A stretch of 64,000 nt of DNA from Octopus sinensis (Eukaryota). How positions within the stretch are numbered: the stretch's first letter is position 1; each line of letters begins with the position of its first letter. The notes under the pieces are model-generated. The model saw only the letters and a list, made by a program, of their open reading frames with translations, searched no databases and had not been told where the DNA came from. The translations under genes were made by a program, and so were the position numbers. This document shows, piece after piece, positions 1 to 14,090 of the stretch. The stretch is taken from the NCBI RefSeq assembly GCF_006345805.1, contig NC_042999.1, positions 120,900,001 to 120,964,000 on the forward strand, written 5' to 3'.

Positions 1-129
1 GGAAAAAGCTTTCGGTCACCCATCGGAAGATGTATTCATTATTATAATTCATTATTTGTACGAACGTGGTTTTGTGTTAAAAAGTTTGCTTTCCAACGAC
101 GTGGTTTTAGGCCGGTGACACCTAGAGCA

Positions 130-490
130 GGTGTCTTCTGCTAGAGCATTGGGCCTTGTGAGTGGATTAGGTAGATGGAAACTGAAGAAAACTCGGTGTG
201 TGTGTATGTGTGTGCGTGTTTGTGCGTGTGAGTGCGTATGCGTGTGTGTGCGTATGTGTGCGTGTATGTGAGTGTGTGTGCGCGCGTGTGTCTGTGTGTG
301 TGTCCTTGTGTTTATGTTTGTCATCCAACAACCGCTTGACAACCCGTAACTTAGGAGTTCAGCAAAAAGACTGATAGAATAAGTGCCAGGCTTAAAATAA
401 ATAAATACTGGAGCCGACTCATTCGACTAACAGTTCTTCAAAACAGTACTCCAGCATGGCTGCAGTTTAATGACTGAAACAAGTAAAAGT
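130..490 (+). mobile_element. SINE family A, 5'-truncated, with internal (TG)n tract
   Basis: Matches the other family A copies from GTGTCTTCTGCTA through CTCCAGCATGGCTGCAG...GAAACAAGTAAAAG; tRNA-like head missing. Confidence 0.85.
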
Positions 491-492
491 GT

Positions 493-572
493 GTACCAGC
501 TGAGCACTGGGGTCAATCGACTCATCCACTCTCCGAAGTTTCTAGCCTTGTGCCAAACTTGGAAACTATTAG
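493..572 (+). mobile_element. SINE family B, 3' fragment
   Basis: CCAGCTGAGCACTGGGGTCAATCGACT...GCCTTGTGCCAAA matches the 3' half of the copy at 4697-4914. Confidence 0.7.
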
Positions 573-1185
573 TCTTTTTGTTTTCAGACTCATAAGTTAG
601 CAAGTTTATAGATAAATCTATATAGGGCTATTTTCCCCTATTCTGGGTAGAGTGTCTCCGTAATATACTCATATACAAAAAAGAAAATACTCTCTCGTCT
701 CCATTTATTCACTTTCTAGGTTTTATTTTGCTACAGTTGAAGAGTAAATTACGACTTTTTATTTAGAGTGTCATCGTTTTCATTGTGTGTCGATTTGACT
801 GCTTCTATCATATTTTCCTTTAGGTGACATGTTTTTTCGTTTTCTTTCGTACTCTTTGTGTGACAGATTTAAAGTATCTTGTGGGGAATTATACGGTATA
901 TTTTATTTGAATTATTTGTCATTATTTAGTGGTAAACTGTGAAAGCATGTTATCTAATCATTCGTTGAAACAGTGAATTCTAACAGGAATGAGTTCCAAC
1001 CACATCAATAGTTATGGGGTTTTTTTTTCATGCAACGTTTCTGTTGAAATATTGGGAAATCTACACCCTGTCGGAGTATGACATCAATGGTCTTCCACGT
1101 TTCTTTCACAGTGAGCCATTTCAAGACAAACAAGGTGATCTAATACACAGTATGCAAAAGAAGAACTAAACGATAAAATAAAATT

Positions 1186-1585
1186 AGTGGCTGTGTGGTA
1201 AGTAGCTTGCTTACCAACCACATGGTTCCGGGTTCAGTCCCACTGCGTGGCACCTTGTGCAAGTGTCTTCTTCTATAGCCTCGGGCCGACCAAAACCTTG
1301 TGAGTGGATTTAGTGGACGGAAACTGAAAGACGCCTGTCGTATATATGCACATATATGTGTATGTGTGTGTATATATTGTGTATCCCAATATCGCTTGAC
1401 AACCGATGCTGGTGTGTTTAGGTCCCATAACTTAGCGGTTCAACAAAAGAAACCGATAGAATAGGTACTAGGCTTGCAAAGAACAAGTCCTGGGGTAGAT
1501 TTGATTCGATTAAAAAGGCGGTGCTCCAGCATGCCCGCAGTCAAATGACTGAATCAAATAAAAGAGTAAAAGAAGTAAAAGAGTA
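1186..1585 (+). mobile_element. SINE family A (tRNA-derived, octopus-type)
   Basis: Head AGTGGCTGTGTGGTAAGTAGCTTGCTTACCAACCACATGGTTCCGGGTTCAGTCCC with degenerate A/B boxes, central (TA/TG) tract, and AAAAGAGT-repeat tail. Confidence 0.92.
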
Positions 1586-2211
1586 TTAAGCAAGTAAAAT
1601 TAATAATTCTAAAATATGAGTAAAACACTTTCATCTCCGGCCAGGTCCTCATCAATTTCTCATGTTTCTCTTGAAGAGAAAAGAGATTAACTCCCCCATT
1701 TGAGTATGTGAATTTTACTTTCCCTTTGTGTTGTAATGGTGACAATTGAAACGAAATAGTATTACTGTTAAACTTCATTCGAAGGCAATTCCTCTGATAC
1801 CATTTTCAGAAGTCACGTTCAGTTCTGAAATGCAGTAATTGTGGTGAACACGGTAGTTTTAGAACACATCGGTCCGTTTGTTTGAAACTATTCACTTTAA
1901 ATTCGTTAGAAAATTAAATTCTACTTGATCTGAGCACATTTTTTAAATTGTCTTCCCAGTTTAATGTATAACAGATATGTGTTAAGATAAAATAAACATA
2001 TCTAATATTATATTTGACTACGTCTAGGCTCGCAGCAGCGGACTCCAAACAATATTTCTTTTGCATTAGGCCTACCCATTTATTGAGTATACTTATAATG
2101 CAAACATTGAAGTAAAGTTATATTCTTTAGAAATCTCCATCTGATTCAACTCTATAATGATAACTTGAAGAAAGAACGCAACACAAATATGTCATTTACA
2201 ATCGCTGAATA

Positions 2212-3719
2212 CACTGAACTGCAAAAGGAACGCCAGACATGTGTGATTGTGAAATATGTTTTAATTTCATTATGTTTGAGATAAATTTTGATAAATTTGA
2301 TAAAGTCAATATTTTCGATGCACTTTGACCACTGTCTATGGGTCGTAGTTATGTGTTCTGGTAGTGGACGGGTCCAGCACATTAAGATCGTAAGGCGTGA
2401 CATGTTCAATAGCATGTATGCCCTCCCTGGGTGTTCAAAGCGGCCATAAATCGTCGGTACATGGAGTGAATAAGGCGGTTCACAAAAGGCATTGGCATCT
2501 GTGCCTATACTCGGAGGAAAGCTATCTCCAGGTCCACACGAGTTGTCGGTCTGGTTCAGTCGTCTCTGGATTTCATCCCACAGGTGTCCGATTGGGCTCG
2601 AATCCGGACTGAGAGCCGGCCACGGCATGGTTCTGATGTTGTACTGGCGCAGGAAGTCCATGGTAATCCTGGCCGTGTGAGAGGGAGCATTATTCTGCTA
2701 GAACACGTGACTATGGTGACACGTGAAGAAGGGCACGATGTACGTTCTTAGGATTTGGTCAACGTAGAGCTGCGCTGTGATGCCATTCCCTCTGCCTGCA
2801 ACAACATTTTGGAACATATGGACCCCAACACTCTGCTTCAGGCCTATAGCACCCCAAACCATGATGCTTTGGCCACCCAACGCGTCTCTCTCCATGACAC
2901 ATGCGTCTCTGTAACGTTCACCTCTCCTACGCCACACCCTCACTCTGCCATCCGAGGTGGAAACGCAGCACCGGCCCTCGTCAGAGAAGACTATCGACCT
3001 CCATTATTGATGCCGCCAATATTGGTGCTGTGTAGCCCACTGTAGTCGTACTTGACGGTGGCGGGCGGTGAGGACAGGCCCTCGAGCAGGACGACGGCAG
3101 CGCAGGTTTTGGCGGCCAGTCAACATCATACCGTGTCGTCGTTGATGGGTCGCTGTCCAGTACCAATGGTTTCGCGAGCTGTCACGGTTTGAAGTGATCA
3201 CGGAAGTGTTGCCGGTAGATGAAGCCATCCCACCTGGGCGTGGTCACCCGGGGGTGCCTTCTGCAACCATGGTCTGCAGTGCTGTTGGTGTTGTATCGCT
3301 CTTGCAGGTGATAGATTGTGGTGACATGGACATTGTAAGCTTTCGCAACAACGACGCACGCCACCTTGCTTGCAATCGGCCGATAGTTTGTTCACTCTGC
3401 GCTGCTGACAATCGGGTCATACCTTCTTCGTCCAAATTACAAATGCGGCTCAAGTTGACTTTTATACCCATGCCCTGCACGAGATGTACATGCATTTCAG
3501 TTTCATGACAATTGTTTTCGACTGCTAACCATGGCATTCAACGCACCTGCGTTTTGGCGTCTCGTTTCAGGGAAAGTTGAAAGGTTACCTGCAATTTGGG
3601 TCTCCGCCATAAACCAGCATATCTTGGAATATTTACACTTACATTCTCGAAATAAATTTTCAGAATTCACCACATAAAAATGACATTTGAAAAAATCGAG
3701 TTTCTTTTGCGGTTCAGAG
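2212..3719 (-). mobile_element. Tc1-family DNA transposon, full length, decayed
   Basis: Imperfect TIRs CACTGAACTGCAAAAGGAACG (2212) and rc CTCTGAACCGCAAAAGAAACT (3719), TA on both sides (2210-11, 3720-21), and a transposase relic inside. Confidence 0.93.
2406..3420 (-). pseudogene. Tc1 DDE transposase pseudogene
   Basis: MTRLSAAQSEQ start, IVFSDE, IMVWGAI, F*QNNAPSHTAR, WPALSPDSSPIGHLW and GGHTCY* end. Frameshifted; second D and the E are substituted. Confidence 0.92.
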
Positions 3720-4696
3720 TATATCTCTTTCCTTTTCATATATTGTATAGCAATTATCAAGAAAATAAAGAATATTGGAATAACCTACTTATCTTCCATA
3801 CGACAGATAAAAAACATGAATAGCAGGGTCGTATAAAAACAAGGAGTTTAATAATTGATACAAAGGTACTGTTTGATGTGTTTCGTGAATTTCAACAAAT
3901 TCAATCTTCAACATTTAGAACTTACTATAAAGTAATCATAAAATAGGCACTAAAAACGTCTGAGTTTTGTACTAATTTGCACTAACGGAATATACATTAT
4001 AAAACACATCTACTAAACATTGTGTCATCTAAAGTTGTTTTTAGATTAGTTAAACTAATCTTCTGCAAAACTATTTTAATATTCACACTATCTAATTAAG
4101 AATACGAGGTAATTACGTTGCCTTTTACCAGTACACACACTTTTATATTATTCATTACTGTTTAACAAACCAAAACAAATGAAGTTATATTTACGTTACA
4201 GTTTGGCATTATAAGTACCGCGTGATACTTTCTGTAATATATCGTGAATAGTCCTTATTCCAAGAATGCGAGAAATAAATAATTAAGGATAACCTTTGCA
4301 TTAAGTTTGTTAGTGTATGATGTTATTTGTACATGGTTTCTATATATACCAGAAATTTGAAATGATTAATTGTAAACATTTGCTTGATGTCAGAAATGGC
4401 AGTCACAAGAGAAATGCCTTTTGGTATTTACATTTTTGTTTCATATCCCAGATCGTTGAATATATCGTTTCAATATCTCAAGTGTTAATAAAATAAGTGC
4501 CATTCCCGTATTGAAAGTATTCAATCGGCTATATTGACTCGCTTATATGTTATAGTCTGCCATAGTAAGATAATATTATTTCCTTATTCAAGAGAATTTG
4601 CTCATTGGTATTATGGACGTAAGCATCGTTCTGTGGGTAATTATGCGGTACCATTTAACAGTGCGGTAACTTCAGATAGTATTAGTTACCCTTTCT

Positions 4697-4914
4697 AAGG
4701 CGATGAGTTGGCAGAATTATTACTGCGACGGGCAAAATGCTTAGCAGCATTTCTTCCGTCTCTACGTTCGGAGTTCAAATTCCGAGAGGTCGACTATACC
4801 TTTCATCCTTTCAGGCTCGATAAAATAAGTACCAGTTGAACACTGGGGTCGATGCAATCGACTTACACTTACCCCCAAATTGCTGGCCTTGTGCCAAAAT
4901 TTGAAATCATTATT
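4697..4914 (+). mobile_element. SINE family B
   Basis: GAGTTGGCAGAA...GAGTTCAAATTCC (B box)...CTTTCATCCTTTCAGGCTCGATAAAATAAGTACCAG...TTGAAATCATTATT tail. Confidence 0.88.
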
Positions 4915-6058
4915 CAACATATCTACGAATTGAGGAAGTGGTATTAGGCAGACGGAAACTATGCGTGACGCAATTAGACTATGCTCGTTCTTTATTGGTA
5001 AACCTAATCTGTCACACAGTAAAACAACACTACTTGGCCGTTGGAAGTCTTTAAAGTCTCTAAGCTTGAAAGTATTTAGTTTCGGTCTCCGATATCAGCA
5101 TAATTAGATATTTTGGTATACTGTTTCTTATTTCCACAACTCTCCTATTTGTCGTGCTTTTTCATCTCTTCGCCGCCGCCAACAGTTTCAGATGTTCTGC
5201 ACATGACATCAAAGCTGCTCTTCCTCATTTCATTAACTCGTTAAAAACAAACCTAACGAATCGTGAAATAAATATTGGCTATGGAAATACTCTAGAAACG
5301 TGTTGTAGAGAGTGAGTTATAATCTACTAAATATTTCATATCTTGCCAACGAAGCGTTCTTCCTGAAACGTTGACCTTCGCTTTTCCTCAACATAAAATT
5401 AATTCCGCTCTTTGCACTTGTGTTATTTGCCAATACAGAAGATGATGAGCTCCTTCAGATTTTACTGCCTTACAAAATAGGGGTTAGTTAACTTCATGTA
5501 ATTAACTCATAAAATAATATTCACAGCTGCTCGAATGAATAGAAAACTCAATCACCAGCCAAAATTTCATTATTTTGATTTTGTCACAACGATTTGCTAT
5601 GTTCATTATTCAAGACTTTAAACACATACTAAGATTAAATGAAAATGATCAGATACGGCTCACTAATATAAAATGTGGAATATTATATACTCAGCAACTG
5701 CTAAATTATCTTGATTAATCTTTAGTAGCTTAGATTATTTCTTAACAAAAAGTTGGCCCCTCCGTTCTCCTCCGATCTGCTAAAAATAGAATCCATATTT
5801 TTCTCAGTTTACATTCTATCCCTATTAAAAGAATTCATTTGATAATGTGCACTATACTTGAATACGAAACAGGATAGTTATAATTGGGAGGTTAAATAGT
5901 ATGCCGAAAATATATGTCTCCCAAAGCAGTTGAAGTGAGGGTAGACAACAATGATTAAAAGCAAATCTGATGATTCATTTCATATCACTTATTCGTAAAA
6001 CCTATCCATGTTTAATCGATGATAATTCCAAATTAATTAATTTCACCCTTTATTGCTA

Positions 6059-6091
<33 letters not shown>

Positions 6092-6094
<3 letters not shown>

Positions 6095-6286
6095 GGTCCC
6101 GGGTTGATCCGGGGTTAACCACAGTAAGTAAGGTACTCAATACATAGCAGAGTAAAATTAATTTATTATATAGAAGGAGCTTCTACAGGACTAGTACTGT
6201 TTCATTCAAGAGAAATCTTCAGGAAGCCCTGAAGATTTCTCTTGAATGAACAGTACTAGTCCTGTAGAAGCTCCTTCTATATAATA

Positions 6287-6289
<3 letters not shown>
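6092..6289. repeat. Short hammerhead-bearing element ending in a near-perfect fold-back, embedded in (TA)n
   Basis: Arms 6161-6223 and 6228-6289 are reverse complements except for one missing A; loop AAGC; (TA)n on both sides. Confidence 0.9.
6177..6229 (-). ncRNA. Type I hammerhead ribozyme motif
   Basis: Minus strand GGGCUUC-CUGAAGA-U-UUC(UCUU)GAA-U-GAA-ACAG(UACUAGUC)CUGU-A/GAAGCUC. Stem I 7 bp, stem II 3 bp, stem III 4 bp, GUA triplet; atypical U-U at 10.1/11.1. Confidence 0.72.
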
Positions 6290-6350
<61 letters not shown>

Positions 6351-7120
6351 TATGATAAGCGTAATTCTGCATTTAATACATTTGTAATCTTAGGTTGTCT
6401 TTAAGAATAAAAAAAAAATGTAATACGTGTGATAACATTTACGCGATAATTTCTCGAATTAGTAGTTCTGAGATTCACAGGCGTCAGAAAGATAGATGAA
6501 ATTGTTATCACTGGTGTTTTCTAATTTTCATTAACAACGGAAACAAAGCGCAGCCGAATCAGGCTTGCTTAATTGTACGATAATAGCTTTTGTAAATGAT
6601 TAAGTATATCGTAACGTTATTTGGGGTTCTCAGCATTTTTATCAGGATATTCAGAGATATATCAGGATAGTGGATGTTAAATCTATAAGAGCACATCCGT
6701 GATGTTTAGTTTCATTTCTTTATGTTCCCAGTCAAATCATCCTGAAAATGACACTGTATTTTATGTTTACGATTTTATAAAATACTACAAGTCAAGTACA
6801 TAATCCGACTTAATCAAATGTGCACTACCAAGCAATTTTTAACTCTGTTACAAATATAATATTACGAGATATTTATGGACATTACAGCTCATAAGTGACT
6901 GAGACTAGGAGAAATATCATTCAGTAGTGATCCGAGTTTAAATCCCAGGGTTAAGCGTTTTTCTTCCATTTTATTCCTACATTTGATACAATAAGAGCCA
7001 TATATTTACTGGATTGATTTAATCAACTGTATTTCACTGTAAATATTCTAGTTTTATACCGCTATTCGAAATTAATCCTATATTTATATATGCTTTATAT
7101 ATATATATAATATATATATA

Positions 7121-7167
<47 letters not shown>

Positions 7168-8449
7168 ATATATGTATGTATGTATGTATTTATGTATGTA
7201 TTTATGTATGTATGTATGTATGTATAGATGCATGCATACGTTTGTATATAACTGAATATATCTATGGATATTTTACATTTATATGTGTGTGTGTGTATTT
7301 GCTGAAGGGTAATGCTTAGAAAAATATCAGTTATACATAAAAACCTCAGTTAAATGCATCTTCGTCTTTTTATTTCTATCTGTGTATACAGATAAGTGAT
7401 ACACATATTTGTTTTTATGTAGTATTATATGTACATGTACGTACATCTACGTATGCATATGTGTGTGTTTGTATGTATACATATACATATACATAAGTAT
7501 GTATATCTTAAAAGTTGCAAATCGATAAAGTCTTTACGAATTTTGAAAGAGCGAAACCCTTTCAATTTCCTGTGAATCCATATTAGCGTTCAATGATAAA
7601 AGTTTAACTTTGTACTCTCCCTTTCCTTTCACCTTTTCAATCTTATCTCTACAGTCTATAACGCCATCTATGCAAACGGTCTGAATCAATCCAAATTAGC
7701 GTAAATATTATCGAAAGAGTTATGCCAAATATTCTGATGCATATAATATTTGCTACTGTTCTTCTGTTAGAGCATGATGTTGACATCAATATGTTTAATT
7801 TGTTGTTTCTACTCTTTAATTTTTCTTCAAACAATGCTAAACGTGTATCTGATATGAAAGTAAATCTACCGACTATTACAGATTCTGAAAAATATCTATG
7901 TCTTTGCGATTATCTTGAAATAGTATTCAGAATTCCGCATCAAAGTTAACTTAAATAATATTAAGGAATAGCATAAATATATTTATTACTCATAATCTAT
8001 AAATATTGATTCACATTAAATATCAATAACTTTAAGTATTTCATCGTTATCCTGTTTTTCCGGAATTATGAACTTTATCTTCAACAGATTTATTTGAATC
8101 TTCTTTTCTTCTTTTACTTCTTTCATAAAATAAATCACACAAACATTTCTTTTTTATTTGATAAAGGAAAATACTTAAGGTTTTATGGGCTAAGACCTAT
8201 ATAACTATTTCCTCTAAACGCATTGAGAAATTTCCAGTTACTTATTAGCCCCTTTACGCGTTTCTGAAACATGTCTCCAGTATCAGAGTAGCTTTTGAAA
8301 TTCATAAGGTTAATTTCATAAATTTGTAACAATTGGTTTTTCAAAACATAATATTGCTAAACCCAAAAATTTTCGTGATTATTTCTTGTTCACATTAAAC
8401 CAGATTATCTTTCGAAATGTTGCATGCACACACGCACACACACACACAT

Positions 8450-8486
<37 letters not shown>

Positions 8487-9954
8487 TTATATATATAATA
8501 CAATATATATTATATATTATATATATATATATATATACATTTAATACATATATATTATATATCTATCTATCTATATATATATATAATATATATATATATA
8601 TATTATATATATGTATGTATATGTGTATGTATATGTATATGTATATGTATATACAAATATATATATATATCAAGACATTCATACGTATTACATGTATATA
8701 CATATATATGTGTGTTGTGTATGTGTGTGCTTGTGTGTGTATATGTGTATGTGTGTAATCAAACAGATTCCAAAGTGTCTGGTGTTGGTCTGCATCGCAA
8801 GGCTTATATCATGTACTATAATCGATAAAAAGAATACAGTGAACTTGCCAGGAGGGGTGAAAATTTCAACGTTTTGGACAGTGCCCTTCTTCAGAGAAAA
8901 GTTGAAAAGAGAATAAATAAGAGACAGTAGAGTTTTATATTCTTTGAGTTAATTTAGATATACGTATGTATGCACGTATCTACATATGGATAGGTCTATC
9001 GTGTGGAGTGTGTGTATGTGTGTTTATGTGTGTTCACTTCTAAGTATGAATTTCTCCGAATATAAGTATGCTTGTATATATGGATGTATGCATGTATATA
9101 TGTATGTAGGCATGTATGCTTGTATGAACGTAGATATGTATGTAAATTAGCAGGCACATAGGCAGGCATGAGGACTAATAGTGTAGGGAATGTGAAAAGA
9201 AAATACCCAAGAAGACAGATGATATATTGTTTGATTTTTGAATATCAAAATCAAATCAGGAAAATCTATTACTTAAGTCGAAAAAAAAATAATATTTAGT
9301 TTCCTACATAATGATATGATTATTTCAAAGTTAAACAGCGTTTGTTGTTTTTCATGAATATTATAAATTTTAGGTAATTTCAAATCGATTACTATCACTG
9401 TTATAACTTACTCTATGGTATTATCGACGAAATAACACTGAATATGAAGTGTTGTTCTGTCTTCCTGTGATGGAAACGTTTTCATTGGCAACTTCCATCT
9501 TGTGAAATCTCTCACAACTTTGCGAGATATAACCAATCGAAACTCTAGAATTCTGTTACTGAAAAGTAACGTAAAGGAATAAACTCTTTGAAACAGTTAC
9601 CAATATTAATATTTAAAATGTATTCATTGTTTCCCCAGTCATGCATAATGTTGCTGAAGCTACATATGGAATGTACCGTATATATATAATTCTCATGTCT
9701 GAAAAAATGAAAGGAAATAACATTCAAGCAATTATCATATTTGCATAAGAGGAAATAAATGAAACATTAAGAACATATTTAGCAGTTTTCAAAGCAAATA
9801 TTTTACCACATATGGTAGAAAATTACTTTAGTTTAATCTACAACAATTCCTCATGCATTTTGGTAGGGTGATTGAAGATCTGAAAGTAAAATGTACACCA
9901 GTATATATTTAGCATGCCTAAATTTCTTACGAAGATAGTTTGTATTTTTTTTAT

Positions 9955-10167
9955 CTTTCTTTTACTTGTTTCAGTCATTAGACTGCGACCATACTAGGGC
10001 AACGCCTTGAATTTTTAGTCGAATGAATCTACCCCAGTACTTATTTTTAAAGTCTGGTACTTATTCTGTTGCTCTCTTTTGCTGAACTGCTAAGTTACGG
10101 GGAATCCAACACCTACATCGGTTGTCAAGCGGTGATGGGGGTACAAACACAGACAGAAAGACACACA

Positions 10168-10200
<33 letters not shown>

Positions 10201-10350
10201 GACGGGCTTCTTTTAGTTTTCTACCAAATCCTCTCACAAGGCTTTGGTTGACCCGACGCTATAGTAGAAGATACTTCTCTAAGGAGCCACGCAGTGGAAC
10301 TGAACCCAGAACCATGTGGCTGGGAAGCAAGCTTCTTACCACACAGCCAC
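9955..10350 (-). mobile_element. SINE family A
   Basis: Reverse complement of the family A head (CTTACCACACAGCCAC at 10350) and tail (TTTTACTTGTTTCAGTC), with internal (TA)n. Confidence 0.9.
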
Positions 10351-10999
10351 GATTTCTTGCCATATATTTTATAGAAGAAACTGCAAATATATCAGAGTAC
10401 AACGGTTTATTTGCAATTTTTTGCAACAGATAACTAAATGTAATTTGGTTAATTTTCTCTTTACGACATATTTTAAAATATTACGAGGATATTTCTAGTA
10501 ATTAAGTGATGCGGGAAGGGAGAGAAATATTATTTTTCTGCTTTTATATGTATATATTGTCATTAAAAGAGTGTTGTTGAGAGAATAAATGTGAGAGCTT
10601 CACAGTGTGAAGAAATCCTGAATCTAAGAGTAACAAACAGTAGCGTGGTTTGATGAATTTTATTCAGCTGCCAGTTTAAATGTCCGAAAATGTAACTCTT
10701 ATGAAAGAAGAGACTGACTCCGGTTTTAGGTTTAACAAATTAAGTAACTACAGTATATATTTTCTTCACTATCTCTTTCCTTCAAATCTCAAGCATTGTT
10801 TGAAAGTATGCTGGTATTTATTCTATATTTATGAAGAAATAATTATTGCTATCCATGCCGCAACGTTGACATGATAGCCGTAGCTCAACATTACTTAACA
10901 TAAAGATTTTGTGAAACATGTAAATGTTTTATATATAAATGATATAAAATTCAGCATGATGTGCTGTAATCATTACATACAACTGTGTAAAATTTTTGT

Positions 11000-12330
11000 A
11001 CACTCTCCAGGCCTGGTCATTTCCAATTTGCTATTTGTTTTAACTTCAGTCTCACTGAATACAGATCAATTCTGACGGACTTTTGTCTTGGTATAGTTGC
11101 ATGTTGTCCCTCCGCCTGGGGTAGCCACTCTGCACTTTCTTTATATCTCACTAGCCTTCCAAAATACTTTACTTTTTTCTGCATCAAGAATCCTTTTCTG
11201 ACTCCATTCCCACAAAAGTACGCCTTTTATTTGATTGAAACAATCTGTTCAGTTCAAAATCTTTGCACCTAGAATCATATCCCATCAATTTGACTTATAA
11301 CGCCGTCACCTTTTGTGACAATTTTTCAAGTTCAGTTTGCTTTCCACTTTCTTCTAACCTATACTGTTCATACCATTTATTAATTACTACTCCATTCTTG
11401 AATTCTCCCATTATCCTGTGTAAATTCTCCAGTTCCTTCTGTTTCTTTTCCAACTTATTTCGTATTCTGTTCCTCTAGTTTGGTTCTTTCTTGTCATTAC
11501 CCTTCTTTTCTTCAACAGTCTTCCGCTTGTATTCTATCTACAACATTAGCAGCAGATATAATTAACTGGTTTCGTTCACTGATGCTTTCTGTTTTAAACA
11601 AGCTCAAAACACCATTTCATTTGCCAGCGGCACACCTTATTTTGCCTCTCTTCATATACCTTACACTTGGTGTCATTGCATTCTTCACACCAAAGATTTT
11701 GATTCGCAGCATTTTTAGAATCTCCTTAGCTTCATCGTTCAAATTTGTGCAACATTTACAGTCACATAGCCAGCTAAATCACCTTCACTATTTACTCTAT
11801 CAGCATTCTCGGGCACAGTGATTTCCTTCCTTTTCATCTCTTACGCCTTCATTACCACTTTCTGCTACGGTTGTTTCACACACTTCCTGTTTATTTTTTA
11901 TTCTTCTCTGCATTTCTTCAATATCTAATCTAGTAATCTAATCATTTATATGAATTGCCCTTGCCTTGGGAGAAAGCTTCAAAGACTCTCTTTTCATCCC
12001 ATATTCTCTTCCTTTTTTTTATAAAACTTCCTTTATTTGGCTCATTTCTCAGCCAACATGCAATCACCATTTTGTTTGCCTCTTTTTTTTATGTCGTCTT
12101 TCTCACACTGCACTTTTGACTTCGATTGTGATCAATGGCTTGATGACAACCTCCTGGAGCAGGATCAAACACTCCTTGCTTGCCGTGCGCGCGACACCTT
12201 CCATGTTCACCGTTCCAGTCTCGTTAACGCAATTGTTATTATTACTTGAATATGATATCACACATTTTTAGATAGCATTTATAATGTTGTCATCACCAAT
12301 ATTTTTCTCATGACACCATCACTAGGTGAG
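11000..12330 (-). mobile_element. R4/Dong-type (RLE) LINE, N-terminal region upstream of RT, decayed
   Basis: Minus-strand fragments KRKRIWDEKRVFE, LDIEEMQRRI, TESISERNQLIISAANVV, RNRIRNKLEK and LKQIANWK*PGLESVQ (homologue of NWKAPGPDGVQ). Confidence 0.75.
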
Positions 12331-12746
12331 TTGTGAACAAAGACTCAGCGAGTCCACACCTTCCCTCATATACACCCTGTTAGATAGTCGTTGACTCTCA
12401 TTGGTTAATCCACTCTTTGATGCGTGTTATTTTTCTTTCTGCAAGGTGCCCAACTATCACCCTCCTAACCAAGCATACTTGGTGAGTTTGTATGTTTAGT
12501 CGCCGATAAACCTACTATTAGTAAGTTTATTTCATAACTAATTACGGCATACACTTACCCACACCGGAAGCTCACTAGACACCCACGCCAGACCAACACA
12601 ATACGAAAAGTACAAACTGTACAACTGAAAGTCCCTCCCTTCACCAGTTCTTCCCATCTGTACTTGACTTAACACACTTACCTTCATTTTCTTTATCAAT
12701 AATATTCATCTAGTTATAAAAATAGTTCTTATCATTGATTAATATA

Positions 12747-12880
12747 TAGGCGCAGGAGTGGCTGTGTGGTAAGTAGCTTGCTTACCAACCACATGGTTCC
12801 AGACAAGTTTCTTCTACTATAGCCTCGGGCCGACCAAAGGCTTGTGAGAGGAAACTAAAAGGAGCCCGTCGTATATATAC

Positions 12881-12955
<75 letters not shown>

Positions 12956-13156
12956 ATGTATGTATGTATGTATGTATGTATATGTTTGTGAGTCTGTGTC
13001 ACCCAGCATCGCTTGACAACCGATGCTGTTTACGTCCCCGTCACTTAACAGTTCGGCAAGAGAATAAGTACTAGGCTTACAAAGAATAAATCCTGGGGTC
13101 GATTTGCTCCATGATGGCTGCAGTCAAATGACTGAAACAAATATAAAGAATAAAAG
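12747..13156 (+). mobile_element. SINE family A with internal deletions
   Basis: TAGGCGCAGGAGTGGCTGTGTGGTAAG head, (TA)(TG)(TATG) tract, GAAACAAATAT/AAAAG tail. Confidence 0.9.
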
Positions 13157-13189
13157 AAAAATCATGTCCATCACTAGTACTACCACAGC

Positions 13190-13692
<503 letters not shown>

Positions 13693-13694
13693 AG

Positions 13695-14090
13695 ATTGCT
13701 CTGGGATGGCCATATCAGAATGAGTGACGAAAGAACACTCGAAAGTTCACATGTACAATCAACATGATAGTGGGCGCAGGAATGTTGGTCGACCATGGCT
13801 CAGATATAAGGACAAGCTGAGGAGTAACTTCTTAGCAGTCAAGACAGCTTACAACACCTTTGAGGAAACATCCTTGGATTGTGTCAACCAACATTCATTG
13901 GCTTAGAGGTTCAAGACAAAGGAGAAAGCGGCTGCAAATATACCACCTGCACCGACCCATAGTCTTCATACTCGCAGCATCCGTGAGCTTCTTTGCAAAT
14001 CGTTAGCAGGACTCAAATGTCACATTCGACATAAAAATTGAGTGACAAAGAGTAGATTGTCCGCTCTTCATACATCGAAACCGACCGTAG
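13695..14090 (+). mobile_element. RTE-clade LINE 3' fragment
   Basis: W.GH..RMSDERT, SGRRNVGRPWLRYKDKLR and a terminal GLKCHIRHK-like motif match the RTE/BovB C-terminus; frameshifted. Confidence 0.75.

Noticed and set aside
4985-5260. Possible CRE/NeSL RLE-LINE C-terminal remnant (minus), and a similar one at 54030-54230 (plus)
   Set aside because: Only loose motif resemblance across stops and frameshifts; not supportable without an HMM search.
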